From NCBI GenBank assembly GCA_963665125.2, contig CAXXUK010000001.1:3328001-3392000 (forward strand): a stretch of 64,000 nucleotides of DNA. The letters run 5' to 3'. Source of the DNA: an uncultured Desulfarculus sp. GTDB taxonomy: Bacteria > Desulfobacterota > Desulfarculia > Desulfarculales > Desulfarculaceae. Of this stretch, positions 29,581 through 39,083 are shown piece after piece; position 1 is the stretch's first letter, and the number at the start of each line of letters is the position of its first letter. The notes beneath the pieces are model-generated. The model saw nothing but the letters and a program-made list of their open reading frames with translations. It did not search any database and was not told the origin of the DNA. A program made the position numbers and the translations under genes.

Positions 29581-29974
29581 CGCCACTCCTTTCTGTCCAG
29601 CCGCAGGCTTGTTTTATCTTTGCCAGCAATTCGCTTAGCTCACATGGTTTGGTCAGGTAGTCGTAGGCCCCTTCGCTTAACCCCTCACGGGCGGCTTGTT
29701 CGGAACCGTGGCCCGTGAGTATGAGCACAGCCATTTCGGGGTCCATTTTTTTAAACACTTTAAGTACTTCTATGCCGTCCATGTCTTCCATCTTTAGATC
29801 GACCACGGCGGCATCGAAATCTCCCTTGCGCAAAATTTGGATACCCTCGGCCCCGCTGTAGGCAACGGTGACGTTGACCCCCCGGCGGCTGAGCCGTTTT
29901 TTAAGCACGTGCAGGTATCCTTGTTCGTCATCCACCAAAAGCAGGCGGATTTTTTTGCGCTCGTCATTGTTCAT
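29570..29974 (-). CDS. Stand-alone response regulator
   Basis: VDDE, DLKMEDMDG, KP. Confidence 0.88.
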   Translation of the reverse strand: MNNDERKKIRLLLVDDEQGYLHVLKKRLSRRGVNVTVAYSGAEGIQILRKGDFDAAVVDLKMEDMDGIEVLKVFKKMDPEMAVLILTGHGSEQAAREGLSEGAYDYLTKPCELSELLAKIKQACGWTERSGDDS

Positions 29975-30357
29975 GGCGCAATTTCCCGCCACCGCTTTTG
30001 CGCTGCCTCTTCTATCAGTTGCAGCAGCAACTCCACGTCGCAGGGTTTGACCAGGAAATCAAAGGCCCCGCTGCGCATCCCTTCCGTAACGTCATCGCTG
30101 TTGCCGTGGCCGGTGAGCATGATCACCTCCACGTCGGGCGAGATCCGCTTTATCTCGGCCAATGTTTCCAGACCGTCCCGGCCGGGCATGCGTATATCGA
30201 GCACCACAACATCGGGGGCGACCGAATCCAGCACTTCCAGGGCATTGTCGCCGCTTTCGGCGGTTTTAACCGACAAACCCCGATGGTTCAGCCGTTTGGC
30301 CAGGGCCGTAATGAAATGTTGTTCATCATCAACCAGCAACACCTTTATCTGCTTCAT
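29971..30357 (-). CDS. Stand-alone response regulator
   Basis: VDDE, LDIRMPG, KP. Confidence 0.88.
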   Translation of the reverse strand: MKQIKVLLVDDEQHFITALAKRLNHRGLSVKTAESGDNALEVLDSVAPDVVVLDIRMPGRDGLETLAEIKRISPDVEVIMLTGHGNSDDVTEGMRSGAFDFLVKPCDVELLLQLIEEAAQKRWREIAP

Positions 30358-32066
30358 GGGTGCTCCTTGCCGATATTCACGGCGGGCAGGGTGATGGTGA
30401 AAGTTGTGCCTTGGCCGACAAGGCTTTCCACGCTGATATCGCCGCCTAGTTTGTGGATAATGCCGTAGCAAATGCTCAGGCCCAGGCCCGTGCCCTGGCC
30501 CACCGGCTTGGTGGTGTAAAAGGGATCAAAGATCCGGCTCAGGTTGGCCTCGGGAATGCCCGCGCCCGTATCGGACACCGCTATCAGGACCTGTTCGCCC
30601 ACGTGCTTGGTCGAAACGGTCACCTCTCCGCCGGAGGAGTTGATGGCATCCACCGCGTTGTTGATCAGATTGACCAAAACCTGCTGCAACTCGGAAGGCG
30701 AGGCTTTTATTTCGGGCAGTCCCGGTTGCAGCCGGGCCTGGATCTTCACATTGGCGTAGCGCGACTTTTGACCCAGCAGGCTGATGGCCTCCTGTACGAT
30801 TTCATTGGCGCTGATCTCCCGGGACACCGGGTCGGTCTTGCGGGCGAAGCTCAAGAGCTTGTGGGTGATGGACTTGCAGCGCGATCCCTGGGCCTTGATC
30901 TGATTAAGGGCCCTCAGGAATTCCGTCTGGTTGGCAGGCGAATCCAGATCGCCGTCTTCCATGAGGTCTTCGAGCCATCCGGCCTCTTCGACCATGATAG
31001 CCACCGGATTATTGATTTCGTGGGCGATGCCGGCGGCCAGCTCGCCTATGGACGCCAGACGTCCGGCCTCCAAGACCTTTTCATCCATTAGTTTTTGTTG
31101 GGCGTCGGACTTGGCTATGCGGTTGATCAGCCTGCTGGAGACTACGATGGACAACACCAGCACTGCCACCACCACGGCGGCCATCACGGTCAGGGCCATC
31201 ATTTCGGCCACCCGCACGGCGTGGAGGGCGTCAGAGTATTCCTGTTGATAAAACAGAATCCACTGGCCGTTTTTCAATGGCCCCACGGCCAGGATGTAGT
31301 CCCTGTCGTCCTGGCCCGTTTTTTCGGCCACCACCACGTTGCCCGCGGCCTTGACCTCTTTGATGAAGCCGGCATAGGGCTGGCGGCTGATATCCACAGG
31401 GAAACGGGGCCTGGTTTCCAATTCGCCGTCCCTGTTGGCGATAAAGGCGAATCCGGTCTCGCCCTGGCGCACGTTTTCCACCAGGGAGTTGAAGGCCTTG
31501 ATGTCCACGGTGGCCCGCAGGATCCAGCTTTGGCCGTGACGCCGCATCCTTACCGCCACGATGAAGTGGGGCGAACCGCGCAGGCCGGTAAAGACGTCGC
31601 TGATGTAGTGGGGATTCTTCAGGGCCTGCCGGAACCAGGCGGCGTTGGCGTAATCCGCTCCGGTAAGGTTGTAGGGCCCGGCGTAGGCCACCTGGATGCC
31701 GTCGTTGTCCACAAGGCCCAGGTCCACGAACTTGCCGGCGAATTCTTCACGGAGCAAATTCAGTTGGGTGCGTAAAAAACCTTCGTCTGCCAACACGGCT
31801 GGATCATGGGCACGGCTAAGGACACGGATATCGGCCAAACGGTCGGCCAAAAAGCTGTCGATGGCCTGGACATGCTTGAGCATCAGTTCATGGAGATGGG
31901 CGAAGACCTTTTCGCGGTAGGTGTCCCGGAAGTGGTTGAGCAGGACGCCATAGGACAATAGCAGAGGCACCAAGGTAACGGTGAATATGGCCAAAATAAT
32001 GTTACGGCGCAGGGGCCGGTAGAAACTTTTGCCTGTTTTGGGGTTGGCATTTGCTGCGGTTATCAT
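30354..32066 (-). CDS. Membrane sensor histidine kinase (Cache-like periplasmic domain)
   Basis: Two TM segments, AHEINNP, GTGLGL. Confidence 0.9.
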   Translation of the reverse strand: MITAANANPKTGKSFYRPLRRNIILAIFTVTLVPLLLSYGVLLNHFRDTYREKVFAHLHELMLKHVQAIDSFLADRLADIRVLSRAHDPAVLADEGFLRTQLNLLREEFAGKFVDLGLVDNDGIQVAYAGPYNLTGADYANAAWFRQALKNPHYISDVFTGLRGSPHFIVAVRMRRHGQSWILRATVDIKAFNSLVENVRQGETGFAFIANRDGELETRPRFPVDISRQPYAGFIKEVKAAGNVVVAEKTGQDDRDYILAVGPLKNGQWILFYQQEYSDALHAVRVAEMMALTVMAAVVVAVLVLSIVVSSRLINRIAKSDAQQKLMDEKVLEAGRLASIGELAAGIAHEINNPVAIMVEEAGWLEDLMEDGDLDSPANQTEFLRALNQIKAQGSRCKSITHKLLSFARKTDPVSREISANEIVQEAISLLGQKSRYANVKIQARLQPGLPEIKASPSELQQVLVNLINNAVDAINSSGGEVTVSTKHVGEQVLIAVSDTGAGIPEANLSRIFDPFYTTKPVGQGTGLGLSICYGIIHKLGGDISVESLVGQGTTFTITLPAVNIGKEHP

Positions 32067-32268
32067 TTACAGCCGCGCAATCCGCCCCTCGGAAACAGCC
32101 TTCCTTGGGGCTCATGCGCCCCTTCGGCAATTTGAGTCAGCCGTATCGGCCTCTCACGCCTCATGTGCTCTATCCTGGTGCTTTTGGTGCTTTTTACAAT
32201 TCAATCCGTTTATTTCGGCCCCAATCCCGGCCGACAGCTAAACGATAGAGGGACGGAAGAAAATTGGA

Positions 32269-32288
32269 AATGAGGAGTGCACCTCATT
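32269..32288. promoter_or_regulatory. Palindromic regulator-binding site in the divergent intergenic region
   Basis: AATGAGG-AGTGCA-CCTCATT, with further related half-sites nearby. Confidence 0.5.
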
Positions 32289-32511
32289 CGGGTCCTGGAA
32301 AATCCTCATTTTCCCTTGGGGAGATTGTGAATATCGGAACAGCTTGCGGGCGAGATGACCAGCCCGTCCTCTTTTGCCCGGAAACTCGTTTTTTTAGTTG
32401 ATTTAAAACAAAGTTTCAGGGGCTATTACGCCCATAAAATAGGGTCCACTACCCATAGGCTCAGGACATTACGGAGTGGTATAAAGTAAAAGTTGTGTAA
32501 TAGTTGGAGAC

Positions 32512-34551
32512 ATGCAGTTGTCATACGCCCAGTTCAAAAACTACCTGCACAGGCGTCAACCGGCGGCGATGCTGCTCGTCGCCTTTGCCGTTTTGTTGGT
32601 CATGGGCGTAATCTACAGCCTGGTTGTTTACCAGGCCCTGCGCAATCAAGCCGAATCGGAAAACCTGATAGCCAACCTGGCCCAGGCCGAAAACGGCGGC
32701 CATTTCATCGGCGACCATCAACAGGGATTATTGAACCGCCTATCGGTGATCGCCGGACGCACCGCCTTCAGAAAGGCCGTTACCGGCGGCGATATCGCCG
32801 AACTCACGTCATTTCTTAAGCCGCTGGTGGGCGACCGGTCTGAAATGGATGCGGCCTTCGTGGCCGACGCCCAGGGCAACCTCATCGTCGGGCTACCCAA
32901 GCCGGAACTTTGGGACAAGGTCGACCACGGCCTGCGGGCGGGCATCAGCGAAAAATGGATATCCCCCCAGCATCACAGCCCGGTTACTCCGGATTTGAAC
33001 GTGGTTACCCTGTCCGCGCCGGTGTTGACGCCCCAGGGAGAGGCCGTGGGCTATCTGGCCGTTTGCCAGCGCACAGACAAATGGAAAAAAACCTTTTCCC
33101 GGCTTTCCGCCCGCCCCGGCCGCAGCCTGGCCCTTTTCGATCAAAACCAAAACTGCCTCTACACCAACGCCAAGACCAACGATAAAGCCACCCGCCAATT
33201 GGCGCTGGAGCAACAAAAGCAAATGCGCATGGCTGGCCGTCCGCTATCCCGGCTGGCCAGCTTGCCGGAAGAACAGCAGGATTCCTTCACCGCGTGCGCG
33301 CCGGTTCCGGGCACCGGCTGGGCCGTGGCGGTGGTTCAGAATTACGATCTGGCCATGGCCCCGGCCAGACTTATGTTCCGCAACATCATCTTCTTCATGG
33401 GGCTATTGCTGGTCAGCCTGCTTTTTCTGGGTTTTCTGCTGCTGAGCCGTTACCGGCTCCAGCAAAGAATGCTCCTGGAGCTGGATGAGGAAGCCCGCCG
33501 CCTGGAAAACCTGGTACAGCAGCGCACGTCGGACCTGCGCCAGACAACCGAGAGGTTCCGCAACCTGATCCAGAACCTGCCCGATGTCGTCTACGAACTT
33601 GACGCCAACGGCAAGGTCACCTTTATCAGCAAGGCCGTTGGTCTGGTCTTGGGTTACGAACCGGGCGAAATGCTGGGCAAACCATGGCGGGATTTCATAG
33701 CGCCCCAAGACCGCGAACATTATGAAGACGAGCGCCAGCGGGCCGAGGCCGGCGACAAACTCAGCATCATGGCCCTGCGCCACCTGACCAAGGACGGTCA
33801 GATGCGCTGGCTTTCGATCCATTCCCGGGCCCTGTTCGACGCCGGGAAAAACCCCGTGGGGCGTCTGGGCGTGGCCAGGGACGTCAGCAGCGAGGTTTTG
33901 GCCGAACGGACCATCCGGGAGCTTTCCGGCCGCCTGATCAACGCCCAGGAAGAAGAGCGCAAGCTAATCGCCCTGGATCTGCATGATGAAATGGGCCAGA
34001 TCCTTTCAGCCCTGAAAATCGGCCTGCAAACCTTGGCCAACAAGGACGAGGGCAGACGTGAAGATATCAAGGAGATGATCAAACTCAACCAGCGGGTCAT
34101 GGACCAGATAAGGGCTCTGGCCTATCATCTGCGCCCGGCCATTCTTGACAGCTTCGGCCTGGTTGCCGCCCTGGAAGATCTCTGCGAATCAATAAACGAC
34201 TCCAAGCTGCTTAGCGTTGAATACCAATTCGACCCGGTTGATGAAAACGCGATGCCTCCCCAGATGCGCACCTCCTTGTTCCGGTTCGTCCAGGAGGCCC
34301 TGACCAACGCCATGAAACACTCCGGGAGCTTGCGGGTGGAGGTCGAACTCGTGTCTAATGATGCAGAGGTCATAATCAGGGTGCGGGACTGGGGCAAGGG
34401 TTTCAACGTCGATCAAGCTCTGGACGTGGGCAAGCACTTGGGCCTGGCGGGTATGCGAGAGCGTATCAGCCTGGTAGGCGGTCAGCTTCTCATAGATTCT
34501 TCACCAAGCGGGTCGATACTTACGGTGCGGGTCCCGCTGGGAGGCGACTAA
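32512..34551 (+). CDS. Cache/PAS sensor kinase, HisKA_3 type
   Basis: QEEERKLIALDLHDEMGQ, QEALTNAMKHS, GLAGMRER. Confidence 0.9.
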   Translation: MQLSYAQFKNYLHRRQPAAMLLVAFAVLLVMGVIYSLVVYQALRNQAESENLIANLAQAENGGHFIGDHQQGLLNRLSVIAGRTAFRKAVTGGDIAELTSFLKPLVGDRSEMDAAFVADAQGNLIVGLPKPELWDKVDHGLRAGISEKWISPQHHSPVTPDLNVVTLSAPVLTPQGEAVGYLAVCQRTDKWKKTFSRLSARPGRSLALFDQNQNCLYTNAKTNDKATRQLALEQQKQMRMAGRPLSRLASLPEEQQDSFTACAPVPGTGWAVAVVQNYDLAMAPARLMFRNIIFFMGLLLVSLLFLGFLLLSRYRLQQRMLLELDEEARRLENLVQQRTSDLRQTTERFRNLIQNLPDVVYELDANGKVTFISKAVGLVLGYEPGEMLGKPWRDFIAPQDREHYEDERQRAEAGDKLSIMALRHLTKDGQMRWLSIHSRALFDAGKNPVGRLGVARDVSSEVLAERTIRELSGRLINAQEEERKLIALDLHDEMGQILSALKIGLQTLANKDEGRREDIKEMIKLNQRVMDQIRALAYHLRPAILDSFGLVAALEDLCESINDSKLLSVEYQFDPVDENAMPPQMRTSLFRFVQEALTNAMKHSGSLRVEVELVSNDAEVIIRVRDWGKGFNVDQALDVGKHLGLAGMRERISLVGGQLLIDSSPSGSILTVRVPLGGD

Positions 34552-34552
34552 T

Positions 34553-35230
34553 ATGGAACGATATAAGGTTGTTATCTGCGATGACCACGCAATCTACCGG
34601 GAAGGCCTGAAGACCGTCCTGACCCAGGATCCGGCCCTGGAGATCATTGGCGAGGCATCCAACGGTTATGAGGCAGTTGAAACGGTGAGGCGCCTCCAGC
34701 CGGACCTTGTGACCATGGACATCGCCATGCCCGAGTTGAGCGGCATCGAGGCCACCAAGCAAATCACCGCCGAACTGCCCCAGACCAGAATAATCATCCT
34801 CAGCGTGCATTCGCGCAAAACATTCATCCTGGAGGCCTTGAAGGCCGGAGCCAGGGGATACGTGCTCAAGGATTCGGCAGGCGAAAAGCTGCTTGACGCC
34901 GCCGGTTCGGTGTTGCGCGGCGAATGCTACCTTGATTCGCCCGTGGCCGGGCACATTGTCGATGAATATGTCAAGCTGCCGGAACTCAGCACGCCGGCCA
35001 AGGAGCAACAACCCCAGGAGCGTTTGACCGACCGGGAGCGCCAGTTGCTGCGCCTTATCGTTGAGGGCCTGCCCAACCGGGAAATCGCCGACAAGCTTTG
35101 CCTGAGCCAAAAGACCGTTGAAAACCACCGCGCCAATATAATGCGCAAGCTGGGCCGCCACGATGTTATCGGCCTTGTCAAATACGCCATCGCCACCGGT
35201 ATTGTGGACCCGGACTCCTGGAGCCGCTGA
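34553..35230 (+). CDS. NarL/LuxR-family response regulator
   Basis: REC plus LTDRE...NREIA...TVENHR HTH. Confidence 0.92.
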   Translation: MERYKVVICDDHAIYREGLKTVLTQDPALEIIGEASNGYEAVETVRRLQPDLVTMDIAMPELSGIEATKQITAELPQTRIIILSVHSRKTFILEALKAGARGYVLKDSAGEKLLDAAGSVLRGECYLDSPVAGHIVDEYVKLPELSTPAKEQQPQERLTDRERQLLRLIVEGLPNREIADKLCLSQKTVENHRANIMRKLGRHDVIGLVKYAIATGIVDPDSWSR

Positions 35231-35357
35231 CGGTATCACACCCCTTTCCACTATGAGCACTCCATCGGCCTGAAATGAGGCCCGTTGCCCATGGCTGTTC
35301 CATGAAAAAGGTCATATCTTAACTAAAATAGGTACCGACTTTTTCGGGGGTGTTGCT

Positions 35358-35765
35358 ATGCAATATAGGGAGAACACAGCTTTCCGGATCGACCCGGTCG
35401 CTTCCTTGGATGATGTCCGCTTGGACCTTTACCTCTTTCACGACACGTTCGACCTTACCATCAGGGGTAAATTGGACGCCCCGGCGGTCATGAAGCGCTT
35501 ATTGCCCGTCATGGCCAGTTTGCCGCCGCAGCAAAACATCCGGCTCGATCTCTCATTGGCAAGCGACATGAACATGATGGCCCTCATGGCCTTGGTCGGG
35601 GTGTTGCGCAGTCATTGCCAGAAAGCCCGGCGCATCATCATTTGTGGATTGCCCGGTTGGGCCTTGGCCGAGTTACGCAAGGCCGGAGAGAGCCTGTTGA
35701 CCGATGGCCCCTGGCAAGTGGATCTCCAACCTGATGAAGTCTCCTATGTGAGGTCCTGCCAATAG
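35358..35765 (+). CDS. Hypothetical protein, STAS-like
   Basis: LTIRGKLDA...IRLDLS pattern. Confidence 0.5.
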   Translation: MQYRENTAFRIDPVASLDDVRLDLYLFHDTFDLTIRGKLDAPAVMKRLLPVMASLPPQQNIRLDLSLASDMNMMALMALVGVLRSHCQKARRIIICGLPGWALAELRKAGESLLTDGPWQVDLQPDEVSYVRSCQ

Positions 35766-35787
35766 CCGTACCGATGGAGAGCGGCGA

Positions 35788-37017
35788 ATGCGTTTGGATC
35801 AAAAACTGATAAGCCTTCCTTGTCGGCCGGAGCAGATCGGCGGCCGCAACCAAGAACTTGCATTCATCCTGGAACTCAGCAACCTTCTGGCCGCCCTCAG
35901 CGGACTGGAGGCCGTATTGGAAGCGGCCTTGCGTCTGGTGCGCGACCGGTTTGATTTTGAAACGGGCCGGCTTTACCTGTTTGACGAATCAAGGGGCGAA
36001 CTGGTCTTGCAGGCCTCCCAGGGCCTGGACGTATCGGGCCTGGAGAGCATGCCCGTGGATCAGGGTTTCAGCGGCATGGCCTTCAGCAGGCGCTCCTTCC
36101 TTGCCAAGCGGATCGATGATCTGCCCGCCAAGGAGCGGGTTGAGCGGCTCAGGGCCAGGGGGCTGAAGTCGGTGGTCTGCGTACCGCTGATCGTGCGGGA
36201 TCAGGCCATCGGCGTGATGAACCTGGGCGCCCGGCGGGTTGTGCAGTTGGAAACCGACCACATCGATTTGATGATCGTGGCGGCCAATATTATCGCCGTG
36301 GCCGTGCAAAACAGCCGGGCCACCGAAGCTCTCGAACGGCAAAAGGAAGCGATAAGGTTTTTCGCCTACACCGCCAGCCACGACCTAAAGGGACCGGTGG
36401 TTGGCATAGGCGGCATGGTGCGCCTGTTGGCCAAGCACGAAGGCCACAAGTTCAGCGAGCGCGGCGCCGAGATATGCCGCCAGATCGAAAACGCCACGGC
36501 CAGGCTGGAGCTATTGGTCGGTGAAATCAACGCCTATATCTCGGTCAGCGAATCACCCATGGAAATGGCCGAGGTGGATGTGGCCGAGGTCATCGATGAT
36601 GTATGCAACGATTTCAGCCTGACCATGGAAAAGCGCGGGGTGCAGCTGCGCCTGCCCAAGCATCTGCCCAAGGTGAGGGCCGACAGGCTCGGCCTTACGC
36701 GCATATTTGAAAACCTGATCGACAACGCCCTGAAGTACGGAGGGGAAAACCTCAACCTGATCCAGATCGATCACCAGGAGTCGGACTGCTACCACACCTT
36801 CAGCGTGGCCGACAACGGCGTGGGCCTGACCAGCGAACAGGCGGAAACGATCTTCAACATGTTCAGCCGTTCGGAAACCAGCAGGGGCAGGCCCGGCAGC
36901 GGCCTGGGCCTGGGCATCGTCCGGGCCGTGGCCAAGCGTCACGGCGGCAAGGCCTGGGCCGATTGCGCGCCGGGCAGGGGCTGCACGTTTTATGTGACCA
37001 TAGCCAAGGGAGAGTAA
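35788..37017 (+). CDS. GAF-domain sensor histidine kinase
   Basis: GAF (VPLIVRDQAIGVMNL), ASHDLKGP, NALKY, GSGLGL. Confidence 0.9.
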   Translation: MRLDQKLISLPCRPEQIGGRNQELAFILELSNLLAALSGLEAVLEAALRLVRDRFDFETGRLYLFDESRGELVLQASQGLDVSGLESMPVDQGFSGMAFSRRSFLAKRIDDLPAKERVERLRARGLKSVVCVPLIVRDQAIGVMNLGARRVVQLETDHIDLMIVAANIIAVAVQNSRATEALERQKEAIRFFAYTASHDLKGPVVGIGGMVRLLAKHEGHKFSERGAEICRQIENATARLELLVGEINAYISVSESPMEMAEVDVAEVIDDVCNDFSLTMEKRGVQLRLPKHLPKVRADRLGLTRIFENLIDNALKYGGENLNLIQIDHQESDCYHTFSVADNGVGLTSEQAETIFNMFSRSETSRGRPGSGLGLGIVRAVAKRHGGKAWADCAPGRGCTFYVTIAKGE

Positions 37018-37133
37018 CAGGCCCGGCGGCAAGGACCAATTATTCCTGGACTCCACCCGCCCCGCCGTACCACAATACCCCGACCGCCGGATAACCGGCG
37101 GCTGGGCGATTTTTCGGAGCGGCGGCGGCGATC

Positions 37134-38468
37134 TTGGGCAATTTCTGTAAAAATTTGCTTTACCTTTTCCTGGCCTTGCTCTGCCTGGGCCAGGGCTGCG
37201 TACATCCCGGCGCCAAGCCCGCCGATATCGACCTGCCCGCCCAGGACGCGGCCATATACCTGAAAAACCGGTGGCAGGTCCGCCAGGATGTGCAGCGTAA
37301 ACTAACCGCGGCCATGCTGGAGGAATATTTCAAGTGCTGGAACGAGCCAGACCCCCAGTTCGGCCTGGAGGCCATGCTGGAGGCCTTTGCCAAGACTGAA
37401 CAAGAGCCTGGCCTGGCCGAAAACCTGCTGCCCCGCCCGCCCCAGTGGTACCGTGAACTGGCCGGACTGGCCGATTTCGGTTCCTACCCAAACCATGCCT
37501 GGAAGGGCCTGACTTTAGGCGGGGTGAACATGCGCCTGTTGCCCACGGCCAAACCGGCGCTGTACGGCGCGGAGCGGGCCGGGGCCCTGATGTTCGACAG
37601 CCTGCAACAATCCCTGCTGCCGCCGAACATCCCGGTGTTTGTGCACCACATCAGCCGCGACGGGGCCTGGTGCATGGTCCAGACGCCCATCGCCTGGGGC
37701 TGGCTGCCGGTCAATTCCGTGGTCCGGCTAAACGACGCCCAGGCCGCCCGCTGGCAATCGCCTCCTTTTTCCGTATTTGTTGCCGATGACACCCCGGTCA
37801 AGGACCCGGACGACCGGTTCCTGTTCAAGGCCGGGATCGGCTGCCTGCTGCCCCTGGCCGACGGCCCCGGCCGGGTATTGGCCGCCCGGGGCGACGAACA
37901 GGGCTGGGCCGTGCTGGTCGAGGCCGCCGCGGGCCGGGACGCGGCAACCCGCCTTCCCCTGCGGTTTTCGGCCGACAACCTGGCCCGGCTCGTCAACGAA
38001 ATGCTTGACTCGCCCTACGGCTGGGGCGGCGGCTACGGCAACCGCGACTGCTCGTCAACCATGCAGGACCTGTTCCGGGTCTTCGGCCTGTGGCTGCCCC
38101 GCAACTCAACGGACCAGATGGATTCGGGCCGGATCATCGTTCTGGAGGGCTTGAGCAATAACGAAAAAGAGGAGCTGATTCTGCGCCGGGGCCTGCCGGG
38201 CCTGTCACTGGTGCACATGCCGGGGCACATCATGCTCTACCTGGGCCGCGACAGCGGTGAGCCGGTGGTCTTTCACAGCGTCTGGGGCCTGCGCCTGGAA
38301 AACATCTGGGGCCAGCAGGGCCGGGCCATGCTGGGCCGGGCCGTCATCACCACCCTGCGTCCGGGCCATGATCTGTTGATGATGCCCAAGCCGGAGGGCT
38401 ATCTGGTCAGCCGCATCGACGCCCTGACCCTGCTATTGGATGAGCGCGACCTGGAACCGGCCCCCTAG
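37134..38468 (+). CDS. SH3/NlpC-P60 peptidoglycan endopeptidase lipoprotein
   Basis: Lipobox GQGC; YGWGG, RDCS, LPRNS, GHIMLYLG. Confidence 0.88.
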   Translation: MGNFCKNLLYLFLALLCLGQGCVHPGAKPADIDLPAQDAAIYLKNRWQVRQDVQRKLTAAMLEEYFKCWNEPDPQFGLEAMLEAFAKTEQEPGLAENLLPRPPQWYRELAGLADFGSYPNHAWKGLTLGGVNMRLLPTAKPALYGAERAGALMFDSLQQSLLPPNIPVFVHHISRDGAWCMVQTPIAWGWLPVNSVVRLNDAQAARWQSPPFSVFVADDTPVKDPDDRFLFKAGIGCLLPLADGPGRVLAARGDEQGWAVLVEAAAGRDAATRLPLRFSADNLARLVNEMLDSPYGWGGGYGNRDCSSTMQDLFRVFGLWLPRNSTDQMDSGRIIVLEGLSNNEKEELILRRGLPGLSLVHMPGHIMLYLGRDSGEPVVFHSVWGLRLENIWGQQGRAMLGRAVITTLRPGHDLLMMPKPEGYLVSRIDALTLLLDERDLEPAP

Positions 38469-38484
38469 CCGTCCATGGTCCGCA

Positions 38485-38513
38485 TAGCAGGATGTTTTTT
38501 CAACAGCCTGCTA
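38485..38513. repeat. Hairpin between convergent genes, resembling fused IS/MITE ends
   Basis: TAGCAGGATGTTTTTTCAACAGCCTGCTA. Confidence 0.45.
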
Positions 38514-39083
38514 GTGAAACAGCGCCTTGTAGCCGGTCTGGTAGATATAGAACCAGTGCACCCCGCCACCCCAGATCAACAACAGCCAGGTGGCCGCCGG
38601 ACCGCTGGCGATGCCCGCCAGCAGCACGGGCGAAAACACCTTCTCTTTTGCGCCCCGCCGGTTGACGATGATCCGGCAGACAAATTCGCACAGGGCGATC
38701 ATCGACAGGTTGGCGAACAGTTGCAGCATCAGCAGCGAGCCCAGCAGATAGTACAAGGCCTCGCCGATGCTGTAGACCTGGGCAACCGCCACCACCTCCA
38801 GGATATACCAGGCAAACAGCGGCAACAGCGAGGCCAGGACGCGCTCGCCCGGCGTAGCTCCCTTGAAATAGGCCCAGGGATAGATGAACAGCGGCGGAAT
38901 CAGGCGGGACAAAAACGAGCCGATGCCCGCCACCAGGGCCACCGGCCGGTGAACCTCGGGCGGAGCGATCATCCAGAGGTAGTGATGCAGCACATACATC
39001 AGCGCGCAGATGAACAAAACCGTACTTGCCGGGACGGCGAAACGGCTGGCGAATGATTTTTGTTGGATAACCCTAGCGTCCAT
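38511..39083 (-). CDS. Hypothetical membrane protein
   Basis: About five TM segments; overlaps the sulfatase stop. Confidence 0.7.
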   Translation of the reverse strand: MDARVIQQKSFASRFAVPASTVLFICALMYVLHHYLWMIAPPEVHRPVALVAGIGSFLSRLIPPLFIYPWAYFKGATPGERVLASLLPLFAWYILEVVAVAQVYSIGEALYYLLGSLLMLQLFANLSMIALCEFVCRIIVNRRGAKEKVFSPVLLAGIASGPAATWLLLIWGGGVHWFYIYQTGYKALFH

